Below the pieces are notes generated by a model. The model did no database searches and was not told the origin of the DNA. It saw only the letters and a list, made by a program, of their open reading frames with translations. Shown here piece after piece: positions 9,462-16,965 of a DNA stretch of 32,000 bases. The stretch is from Desulfocapsa sulfexigens DSM 10523. Its GTDB lineage: Bacteria; Desulfobacterota; Desulfobulbia; Desulfobulbales; Desulfocapsaceae. The stretch covers positions 2,430,001 to 2,462,000 of the forward strand of contig NC_020304.1 in the NCBI RefSeq assembly GCF_000341395.1, given 5' to 3'. The position numbers and the translations under genes are program-made. The stretch's first letter is position 1, and every line of letters begins with the position of its first letter.

Positions 9462-10214
9462 ATGAAAATGTCTTTGTACGATGAACAGTGTGCCCGGGAT
9501 TTTGAGCTTATGGAATCCCGGATTGATCATTTCTTTGCCGAAATGGCGGTTGAATGCCCCTATCATCTTCCGCATGATGCCCGGTTTTACCAGGCTCTGT
9601 TTTCTCCGCTTTCAGACCGGGCGATGGAGCTGTTTCTTGCTTCCGGCTACCGGAGAAACGGGAACTGTCTCTACACCATGCATTGTCCCGACTGCTCGGC
9701 CTGCGTTCCTATTCGTCTGCATCCCCAGGAAATGAAACTGAATCGGAATCAGCGTCGGGTGCTCAAGAAAAATCAGGATATTGAGGTTGAATTTGCGCCA
9801 ATTACCGCAAGTGAGGAAAATATCAGGCTCTGTGAAAAATTCCTTCGTAGTCGCTATCCCCACAAATACAATGACGGAAAATCCTATTATAAGGGCTTCT
9901 TTCTTAATCGGATCATTCCGGGTATGGAATTCCGCTTTCGCCTGCGGGGACGACTGGTTGGTACCGGAATTGTGGATGTCGGGCAGAACTGGATGAATGC
10001 GGTATATTTTTACTTTGATCCCGACGAGGCTTCACGCAGCCTTGGAACCTTCAACATTCTCAGCATGATCGAAACCTGTCTTAAGCTGGATATTTCCTAT
10101 CTTTATCTTGGCTATTATATCGAAGAGGTGGCAGCCATGAATTATAAGCGTCGTTTTGATCCTCATTATCTCTATCTTGATGATGGGTGGCGGAAGATCG
10201 ATAAGTTGACCTAG
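9462..10214 (+). CDS. bpt: Arginyl/leucyl-tRNA--protein transferase of the ATE/Bpt family (N-end rule)
   Basis: The 250-aa product has the ATE_N motif (CPY...ASGYRRNGNCLYTMHCPDCSACVPIRL...RNQRRVLKKN). It also has the ATE_C motif (SRSLGTFNILSMIE...YLYLGYYIEEVAAMNYKRRF). Confidence 0.85.
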   Translation: MKMSLYDEQCARDFELMESRIDHFFAEMAVECPYHLPHDARFYQALFSPLSDRAMELFLASGYRRNGNCLYTMHCPDCSACVPIRLHPQEMKLNRNQRRVLKKNQDIEVEFAPITASEENIRLCEKFLRSRYPHKYNDGKSYYKGFFLNRIIPGMEFRFRLRGRLVGTGIVDVGQNWMNAVYFYFDPDEASRSLGTFNILSMIETCLKLDISYLYLGYYIEEVAAMNYKRRFDPHYLYLDDGWRKIDKLT

Positions 10215-10345
10215 CTGCCTCTCTGGTGTTTTTTTTCGAAATAGTAACAATTAGTTCTGTTCATCATTCCTTGTATAGCATCTCTGTTCATATTGCTGCC
10301 ATGTCAAATTAAAACGATATTTTAGCTAAATAAGATGTGCTTCTG

Positions 10346-10374
10346 TAGACGAGGGGCTGTTTTTTTGCTATAAT
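10346..10374 (+). promoter_or_regulatory. Candidate sigma70-type promoter for the PEP-CTERM metalloprotease gene
   Basis: TAGACG (10346-10351), a 17-nt spacer, then a perfect TATAAT (10369-10374), about 95 nt upstream of the ATG at 10470. This is a pattern match only. Confidence 0.35.
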
Positions 10375-10469
10375 AACACACAATAGTTTTGCACATGATT
10401 CGAGAGGATGTTTAAGAAGAATCCAACAGAAACATTTGAGTCTGCTTTGTTGAGACCTTGGGGGATGAC

Positions 10470-11606
10470 ATGAGGAAAATTGTTATTTTAGTAACCTGTT
10501 GCTTTCTATTGGGTTTTAGCAATCGTGTCCATGCGCTGGAAATTTTATATAATGATCTGTCTGGTGGGGGCATTAATGCAATTCAGATGAGTGCTTTTAA
10601 TGAAGCCGCATCCTATTGGGAATCAATTTTTGTTGATAATGTCACCGTCCGTGTTGATATTGATATGCAGGCGTTAGGTACAGGAATTATAGGCAGCGCG
10701 CAATCCTATAAGGTTGATACATATTACGGAGATATCCGTAATGCCCTTGCAGGCGATGTTCGTTCAACGGATGATATTCTTGCTACAAGTAATCTTCAAA
10801 CAACTGATCACCTGAATGTTGTCGTTAATGATTTGTATGATGACAATCATGCCTGGATACTTAATTCTTCCAGCACCGTTGAAGTGAATTCTGAACTTTG
10901 GGTGAACAGGGCAAACTTGAAGGCCCTCAGCCTCTTAAATGATGATGGACAGGCTGATGCTTCCGTCTTGATGAGCAGTAACTTTTCTTTTGATTACGAT
11001 CGCAGTGATGGCATAGATAGTGATAAATTGGACTTTGCAGGAGTGATGGTGCATGAAATCGGTCACGCCCTCGGTTTTGTGAGTGGTGTTGATATTATGG
11101 ATTATTACGGATTGGATGGGCCTGGTAATGGCTCATGGGACTGGGGATGGAGTGGCGAAGGTAGCAGCAATACATTAGAAGATGAGGGATATTTCTCTGT
11201 TCTGGATCTGTTTCGATATTCCGATTATATAAACGAATACGAATCAGGTTCTCTGTTTGGGTATTTAGACTGGACCTATGAGTCTGTTGAAGGAGGGTGG
11301 GGAGACTCGTATTTTTCCTTCGATGGAGGAACCACAAATCTGGCACCGTTTTCTACCGGCAGATATAATGGAGACGGTTATCAGGCTAGCCATTGGGAAG
11401 ATGACCTTGGTTTGGGGCGTATGGATCCGACTACGGCATACGGAGAATATTATGATTTCCTGACACCACTTGATCTCCGAGCATTTGATGTTATTGGCTG
11501 GGATTTATCTGTGACCGACCCGGTTCCAGAACCAACAACTTTATTACTTTTTGGGGCTGGACTCTCCGGGCTGATTTATGTCAGAAGCAGGAAAAAGAGA
11601 AAATAA
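10470..11606 (+). CDS. Secreted zinc metalloprotease (HExxH, LGF-type) with a C-terminal PEP-CTERM sorting signal
   Basis: There is a signal peptide (MRKIVILVTCCFLLGFSNRVHA). The zinc site is VMVHEIGHALGF. The C-terminus VPEPTTLLLFGAGLSGLIYVRSRKKRK has the PEP motif, a TM helix and a basic tail. I preferred the ATG at 10470, which has a G-rich SD at 10460-10465, over the TTG at 10458 used by the ORF track. Confidence 0.85.
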   Translation: MRKIVILVTCCFLLGFSNRVHALEILYNDLSGGGINAIQMSAFNEAASYWESIFVDNVTVRVDIDMQALGTGIIGSAQSYKVDTYYGDIRNALAGDVRSTDDILATSNLQTTDHLNVVVNDLYDDNHAWILNSSSTVEVNSELWVNRANLKALSLLNDDGQADASVLMSSNFSFDYDRSDGIDSDKLDFAGVMVHEIGHALGFVSGVDIMDYYGLDGPGNGSWDWGWSGEGSSNTLEDEGYFSVLDLFRYSDYINEYESGSLFGYLDWTYESVEGGWGDSYFSFDGGTTNLAPFSTGRYNGDGYQASHWEDDLGLGRMDPTTAYGEYYDFLTPLDLRAFDVIGWDLSVTDPVPEPTTLLLFGAGLSGLIYVRSRKKRK

Positions 11607-11637
11607 ATTACTTTTCACCCTATCGTGTAATTCAAAG

Positions 11638-11670
11638 GGCAGAGCCATTCAGTTGGTTCTGTCTTTTTTT
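11638..11670 (+). terminator. Rho-independent terminator of the metalloprotease gene
   Basis: GGCAGAGCCA (11638-11647) pairs with TGGTTCTGTC (11654-11663) as a 10-bp stem with two G-U pairs. The loop is TTCAGT and a T7 run follows (11664-11670). Confidence 0.65.
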
Positions 11671-11757
11671 GTTTTCTTACTTTTATTATCCCCCATTCTT
11701 CCTTATTAGAACTGTTGTTACGAGTTCTAGCGTCAGTGGGTTGCTGGAGTGAGCCAT

Positions 11758-11790
11758 AAAAAAAGGCAGAATCATCGAAATGAGACTGCC
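11758..11790 (-). terminator. Rho-independent terminator of the minus-strand PEP-CTERM gene
   Basis: Read on the minus strand it is GGCAGTCTCA-TTTCGA-TGATTCTGCC followed by T7 (the plus-strand A-run at 11758-11764). The stem has 8 of 10 pairs with a 2x2 internal mismatch. It lies 27 nt past the stop codon. Confidence 0.6.
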
Positions 11791-11816
11791 CTTGAAAGTG
11801 GAAAAGCTAAAGGTGA

Positions 11817-12512
11817 CTACTTTTTCTTTTTACGAAATCTCAAGCTTGAAAGACCAACCAGTCCGGTACCGAAGAGAAGCATAGTTGCAGGTTCGGGGAC
11901 GGGGGCATTGCCTACTGCAATATTGTCTATCTCAAAAGCCAAACTGGTACTAGTCAGCACAAAACTATCAAATCGTTCCAGGTCTAAAAAGTTCACATAG
12001 ACATTGGTGGAAGGTGCCGTTTGGTTACCATATTCATCATTCCCGTTTTTGATATCTGAACCAGTAAACGATTGTGTCAATGTGGAACCATTGAAAAATG
12101 AAATAGTATTATATGTATCCACCGACCCCCACCAAAGACCAAAGTAGTCATAGGTCGCACCAAGTTGTGCTGTGATACTTCCTGAACTGCTGGGGTTAGG
12201 CACCGAAAGGTAGTTTGATTGGTCTCTGGAAGTAGTTCCAAATGGAGCAGCATATTGACCACTGGCAGAGCCGTTTACAACATTTGCACTTCCAGTCCAG
12301 GTCCAGGACTGATCTAAAGAACCTGACGGTGCTGTATTGATGGGTGCCTGATTAAATGTTTCTATTAAGAAATTATCAAAGTATGTATAAACTGACGTCT
12401 TATCTGCATCACTATCTTGGCTGAAATAATTAATAGTAGTAGCGTTTACACTAGAGGTTAGACTCAAAAAAAACACCCCTGTTATAGCTGTTAGATAAAT
12501 TTTCTTTGTCAT
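11817..12512 (-). CDS. Exosortase-dependent (PEP-CTERM) surface protein, Npun_F0296-like
   Basis: There is a signal peptide (MTKKIYLTAITGVFFLSLTSSVNA). The central motifs are NYLSVP...YDYFGLWWGSVDTYNTISF...NVYVNF...AFEIDNIAVG. The C-terminus VPEPATMLLFGTGLVGLSSLRFRKKKK is a PEP-CTERM signal. Confidence 0.85.
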   Translation of the reverse strand: MTKKIYLTAITGVFFLSLTSSVNATTINYFSQDSDADKTSVYTYFDNFLIETFNQAPINTAPSGSLDQSWTWTGSANVVNGSASGQYAAPFGTTSRDQSNYLSVPNPSSSGSITAQLGATYDYFGLWWGSVDTYNTISFFNGSTLTQSFTGSDIKNGNDEYGNQTAPSTNVYVNFLDLERFDSFVLTSTSLAFEIDNIAVGNAPVPEPATMLLFGTGLVGLSSLRFRKKKK

Positions 12513-12815
12513 TGGTAACTCTCCATTTTACTAAATATGACGTGTATCGCATTCCATACAAGAATGTATATTATCATAAGATCCAATATCGCAACAGTAA
12601 AGCACTGTTTTGCGGTGTAGGTTAAAATAGGTGATCTGACTAGTTGCTGTAGAACTCTGATAAAATAAAAATAGGATAATAATCAGGGGGAAGCATAAGC
12701 CTTTTCGTGGAAACCCGACAGAGTCGTTTTTTGCTGGTTACTTGACGAAGATGAATCTTTGATGATATTAGTAAGCATAAGTGTTTCTTTATCAAAAACG
12801 TATCAGGAGGATAAT

Positions 12816-13442
12816 ATGTTACGAACAATTTCCTTTATTCTGGTTACCCTGTTTCTCTCCCCAATCCTTGTCCAAAGTGCCCCTATTGATGCAGTATGGA
12901 AGAGTGTTCAGGCTCCGGAAAATCCTGAATTGTCTTCCGTGACTATAAGCCCGGGTGATACGGCTCTGCTTATTCTTGATATTGAAGAATTGACCTGCAA
13001 TATGGAGCGACGACCCAGGTGTCTGGAAACCGTTCCCCGTATTGCTGACCTTATGGCTCGTGCTCGAAAAGCCGGAGTGGCAGTAATCTATAGCCTGACT
13101 CCCAAGGGAACTCCCGAGACTATATTGCCATCAGTTACACCTCGAAATGGAGAAGCAATAGTCCAGTCGTCTGTGGATAAATTCTGGAAAACTGACCTGG
13201 AAAAGATTCTTCAGGAGAAGAACATAGCTAAAGTTATAATCACAGGAACGGCCGCCCATGGCGCTGTTATGCACACGGCAACGGCTGCCGGATTCCGAGG
13301 GCTTGATGTTATTCTCCCAGTGGATTGTCTGTCAGCAGCGGATCTTTATACGGAACAGGCGACTGTGCAACTGCTGAAAACCGGTCCTGGAACCAGAAAG
13401 CGGATAACCATGACCAGTAGTCCTCTGATCACTTTCCCCTGA
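12816..13442 (+). CDS. Exported isochorismatase-family (cysteine-hydrolase fold) protein, apparently without the nucleophile Cys
   Basis: The ATG at 12816 has AGGAGG at 12805-12810. There is a signal peptide (MLRTISFILVTLFLSPILVQSAP). The isochorismatase-like motifs are ALLILDIEE, SSVDKFWKTDLEKIL and VIITGTAAHGAVMHTATAAGFRGLDVILPVDC. The upstream part of the ORF-track call (12759-12815) is not needed. Confidence 0.8.
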   Translation: MLRTISFILVTLFLSPILVQSAPIDAVWKSVQAPENPELSSVTISPGDTALLILDIEELTCNMERRPRCLETVPRIADLMARARKAGVAVIYSLTPKGTPETILPSVTPRNGEAIVQSSVDKFWKTDLEKILQEKNIAKVIITGTAAHGAVMHTATAAGFRGLDVILPVDCLSAADLYTEQATVQLLKTGPGTRKRITMTSSPLITFP

Positions 13443-13522
13443 TTAGGGGTAAAGGAAGAGAGGGCATCTGGTAGCAGTATGTAACTACTGTGTTATAGAA
13501 TACCTTTGATCAAGGAGAGTGT

Positions 13523-13867
13523 ATGATTTTACAAAATTTTCCTGAAGCAGTTAAAGAGTTTGCCATCCAGGTCTATCAGAAACCTGAAAATGAGAAGGAT
13601 TTACGCCGAACCCATGTCTCCTTCAGCGGCACTCCACAGAAACATCCCTATGATAAAGATAAAGTTATCCTGGTAATAGATCCCTACAGCAGTAATGTTT
13701 CTTATTTCGAGTTTTTAACTCGTGATATATCGTTTGTGGAGGATTTGACCAACATGGTGGACACCGCCGGTAATGTCATTCCCTTTATGCGACTCTGGGT
13801 CAAAAAAGAAAGTATTGGGATTCGGTCGACACCATTTGTAGTGGCTGATACCAGAGGTGTTCTGTAA
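13523..13867 (+). CDS. Hypothetical cytoplasmic protein (114 aa)
   Basis: The ATG at 13523 is preceded by AAGGAGA. The composition is clean and non-repetitive. I recognise no motif. Confidence 0.65.
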   Translation: MILQNFPEAVKEFAIQVYQKPENEKDLRRTHVSFSGTPQKHPYDKDKVILVIDPYSSNVSYFEFLTRDISFVEDLTNMVDTAGNVIPFMRLWVKKESIGIRSTPFVVADTRGVL

Positions 13868-13927
13868 AGAAAAAAGAAGTGACAGCGGTCACAATACTTA
13901 CAGCTGGGTGCAGAGAGAGGTAACTTC

Positions 13928-13947
13928 CTCCCCCTTAAAGGGGGGAG
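13928..13947. terminator. GC-rich hairpin between convergent genes (possible bidirectional terminator)
   Basis: CTCCCCC (13928-13934) pairs with GGGGGAG (13941-13947) around a 6-nt loop. It lies between the stop at 13867 (+) and the stop at 13955 (-). There is no clear U-tract on either side. Confidence 0.35.
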
Positions 13948-13954
13948 TGCCGGT

Positions 13955-14770
13955 TTAGCCCAGTGATACATCAAGTATCATCATCACTGAAAAACCAAGC
14001 ATCGTTGCCATTGTAACCATATCAATGTTTTCGTAGCTTCTCTGAGATTCTGGAATAAGTTCCTCCACCACAACAAAGATCATTGCCCCGGCAGCAAAAC
14101 AAAGAGCATAGGGGAGGATGTTCTGCATTTTCAGGACAAAAAGTGCACCCGCCACCCCGGCAATAGGTTCTACTATGCCTGAAGACTGACCGAGGAGGAA
14201 ACTTTTCCACTTGGACATGCCTTCTCTTCTCAGCGGCATCGATACAGCGGAACCTTCGGGGAAATTCTGAATTCCGATGCCAATAGCCAGGGCAATTGCT
14301 CCTCCGATCGATGCAGCGGGAAGCCCTGCTGCCACGGCGCCGAAAGCGACACCAACAGCAAGCCCTTCGGGGATGTTGTGAAGGGTTATGGCGAGAACCA
14401 GGAGAGTACTGCGCTGCCACGATGTTTTTATTCCCTCACTTTTTTCAATGCTGAGACTCGGATGGAGATGTGGCAGGAATGCATCGATTGTTCGCATGAA
14501 AATCCCACCTCCCATAAAGCCGATAACTGCGGTGAGCCAGGGCGTTTGGCCCAGTTGGTCTGCCATCTCTATACCAGGTGCCAGTAGAGACCAGAAACTG
14601 GCTGCAATCATTACTCCTGCAGCAAAACCCAGCATGGAGTCCATCAGCTTTTTATCCACTGCCCTTGTGAAAAAAACAAGTGCCGCCCCTGCGGCAGTAA
14701 CACCCCAGGTGAAGAGCGTTGCAAAGAAGGCCTGGGTAACTGGATTGAACTGTTGTATGAATTCTATCAT
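13955..14770 (-). CDS. ZIP-family divalent metal (Zn/Fe) transporter, ZupT/GufA-like
   Basis: The 271-aa polytopic protein has the ZIP signature helices (LAITLHNIPEGLAVGVAFG and AIGIGIQNFPEGSAVSMPL). Confidence 0.9.
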   Translation of the reverse strand: MIEFIQQFNPVTQAFFATLFTWGVTAAGAALVFFTRAVDKKLMDSMLGFAAGVMIAASFWSLLAPGIEMADQLGQTPWLTAVIGFMGGGIFMRTIDAFLPHLHPSLSIEKSEGIKTSWQRSTLLVLAITLHNIPEGLAVGVAFGAVAAGLPAASIGGAIALAIGIGIQNFPEGSAVSMPLRREGMSKWKSFLLGQSSGIVEPIAGVAGALFVLKMQNILPYALCFAAGAMIFVVVEELIPESQRSYENIDMVTMATMLGFSVMMILDVSLG

Positions 14771-15164
14771 TTTGGATTCGGTCGCTCCCTACGTATTTTT
14801 TGTGAAGTCAGAAGATGTCGAGATTATTGGATATGTCCACAGCATGTGGTGCTGCCGTAGGTGGTTGTGCCAATATGTTGTGGTTGATCGTTGACTCCAG
14901 TGTCTCTTTATGATAAACTAAAACAGTGGTTGTAAAAAGGTATTTTTTTTCTTGAATCTCTATTTGTTGATGGAGGCATTCCATGAAAAAATGGCACCTT
15001 GAGGGAGTCTGTTCCCGTGTTACTCCCAGAAAGCTTGTCCTTCCTGATCCCGGTCAATCTGCTTTTTATCGCTCTGTTTCCTTTTCTGAATTTTCAAAAG
15101 AATCTAAAGTTACATTGGCTTGCAGAAAGGTTGCTGTGTTTTTTATTCGTTTTTTTTAGGGGGG

Positions 15165-16181
15165 ATGATGAAAGAAGCGCTTCTCTATCAGAAGGAATCA
15201 AACGATCGGGTTACCTGCTTGCTTTGCAGTCATAACTGCTCCATTGCCAACCATCGTCGGGGCCTTTGTGGGGTTCGTGAAAACAAAGGTGGTGTGCTCT
15301 ACAGTCTGGTGTATGGGAAAGTAATTGCCGAACATATAGATCCCATTGAGAAAAAACCACTTTTTCATGTTCTTCCCGGAAGCAGAAGCTTATCTATTGC
15401 GACTGTGGGCTGTAATTTTTCCTGTCGCCATTGCCAGAATGCCTCTATTTCACAACCAGGTTCTTTCAGCAGTGATGCTGTGCCAGGGGTCGCGAAAAGT
15501 CCGGAAGCTGTTGTGGAGAGTGCCCTTGCAGCAGGATGTAACTCTATCAGTTATACCTATGTGGAACCGACGATCTTTTTCGAATATGCTTATGACTGTA
15601 TGAGTCTTGCAAAAAGAGAGGGGCTTAAAAATTGTTTTGTTTCCAATGGCTATATGAGTAAACCTGCAACTGAACTGCTGACCCCAGTGCTGGATGCTAT
15701 CAATATTGACCTGAAATCCTATCGGAATGAATTTTATAAAACTGTCTGTGGAGCACGGTTGCAGCCGGTACTGGATAGTATTCGAAGAATGCATGATGCC
15801 GGGGTTTGGGTGGAGGTTACGACTCTGTTAATTCCAGGCTTGAATGACAGCGACGAAGAGTTACGACAGATTGCTGATTTTCTGGTCTCAATTGATAAAT
15901 CGATCCCCTGGCATGTCACCGGGTTTTTCCCTACCTACAAATTAACCGATCGACCTCCAACCAGTTTAGAAAGTCTTGAGCATGCACGTGAAATTGGAAT
16001 AGCTCAGGGGCTGCAGTATGTGTACGCAGGGAACAGGCCCGGAAAGGGTGGTGAGAATAGTTCCTGCCCATCCTGCGGTTTTGAAGTGATCCTGCGCCAT
16101 GGATTTTTCATTCAAAAAAATAACCTTATTCAGGGGAAATGTCCCTCCTGTAACTCCTCAATTGCTGGAATATGGGAATAA
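15165..16181 (+). CDS. amrS: AmmeMemoRadiSam system radical SAM enzyme (PFL-activase-like)
   Basis: The CX3CX2C cluster is GCNFSCRHCQN. The family-typical N-terminus reads KEALLYQK...VTCLLCSHNCSIANHRRGLCGVRENKGGVLYSLVYGK. The C-terminal zinc-ribbon-like part reads CPSCG...GKCPSCNSSIAGIW. The start is ATG 15165 or 15168. The ORF-track TTG at 15120 is unlikely. Confidence 0.9.
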   Translation: MMKEALLYQKESNDRVTCLLCSHNCSIANHRRGLCGVRENKGGVLYSLVYGKVIAEHIDPIEKKPLFHVLPGSRSLSIATVGCNFSCRHCQNASISQPGSFSSDAVPGVAKSPEAVVESALAAGCNSISYTYVEPTIFFEYAYDCMSLAKREGLKNCFVSNGYMSKPATELLTPVLDAINIDLKSYRNEFYKTVCGARLQPVLDSIRRMHDAGVWVEVTTLLIPGLNDSDEELRQIADFLVSIDKSIPWHVTGFFPTYKLTDRPPTSLESLEHAREIGIAQGLQYVYAGNRPGKGGENSSCPSCGFEVILRHGFFIQKNNLIQGKCPSCNSSIAGIWE

Positions 16182-16300
16182 AGTCATCCCATTGCTGATT
16201 TTTTACTTGCGTTTATTTGTGGCCAGCGACTAGCCTTCAGTGTAGGTTTCTCTGACGTACAATACCATTCATCAACAATACTCCTGAAGAGGGTTATCAA

Positions 16301-16957
16301 ATGAAATTGTTATGTAAAGATGTTCTGTTTTTCTGTTCCTGTGTTTATATGCTTTTTGCTCTGACAGCCTGTTCCAGCACCTACTATGGTGCTATGGAGA
16401 AAGTTGGCGTACATAAACGTGATATCCTGGTCGATCGCGTGGAGGATGGCCGCGACTCTCAACAGCAGGCTCAGAAGCAATTTCAATCGGCTCTGCAACA
16501 GTTTGATTCAGTCGTAAAACTCGAAGAGACGGATCTGAAGAAGGCCTATGATAAACTTAATAAAGAGTACGAGAAGAGCAAAAAAGCTGCCGATGATGTC
16601 TCCATCCGGATTGGTAAAATTGAATCTGTTGCCAATGCATTGTTTAAAGAGTGGAAGAGTGAGCTGAAACAGTATGAAAGTAAAGAACTGCGACGCTCCA
16701 GTGAAGAGCAGTTAGAAAATACCAAAACACGTTACAATGAAATGCTTGCTACCATGAAGGCAGCAGAACAGACCATGGAACCGGTTCTGAAAATATTTCA
16801 CGATAATGTACTCTTTTTGAAACACAACCTGAATGCCCAGGCCATTGGTTCCCTGCAGTCTGAATTCACCAATCTTGAAGGACAGATTGGAGAGTTGATT
16901 CAGTCTATGAATGTGGCCATTGAATCATCCAATAAATTTATCGCAGATCTCAAATAA
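16301..16957 (+). CDS. DUF2959-family lipoprotein (coiled-coil)
   Basis: There is a lipobox (LFALTAC-SS). It is followed by STYYGAMEKVGVHKRDILVDRVEDGRDSQQQAQKQFQSALQQF, which I recall as the conserved DUF2959 N-terminus. The rest is K/E-rich helical sequence. Confidence 0.75.
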   Translation: MKLLCKDVLFFCSCVYMLFALTACSSTYYGAMEKVGVHKRDILVDRVEDGRDSQQQAQKQFQSALQQFDSVVKLEETDLKKAYDKLNKEYEKSKKAADDVSIRIGKIESVANALFKEWKSELKQYESKELRRSSEEQLENTKTRYNEMLATMKAAEQTMEPVLKIFHDNVLFLKHNLNAQAIGSLQSEFTNLEGQIGELIQSMNVAIESSNKFIADLK

Positions 16958-16965
16958 TCCCCATT

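Noticed and set aside
10256-10291. Direct repeat of TCTGTTCAT (10256-10264 and 10283-10291) upstream of the metalloprotease gene
   Set aside because: A single 9-mer duplication in a spacer of about 240 nt is close to chance expectation. There is no further periodicity or dyad symmetry.
14837-14849. CCACA-GCA-TGTGG inverted repeat about 70 nt upstream of the ZIP transporter start, a possible Zur/Fur box
   Set aside because: The arms are only 5 bp and there is no resemblance to the AT-rich Zur/Fur consensus I know. The evidence is insufficient.
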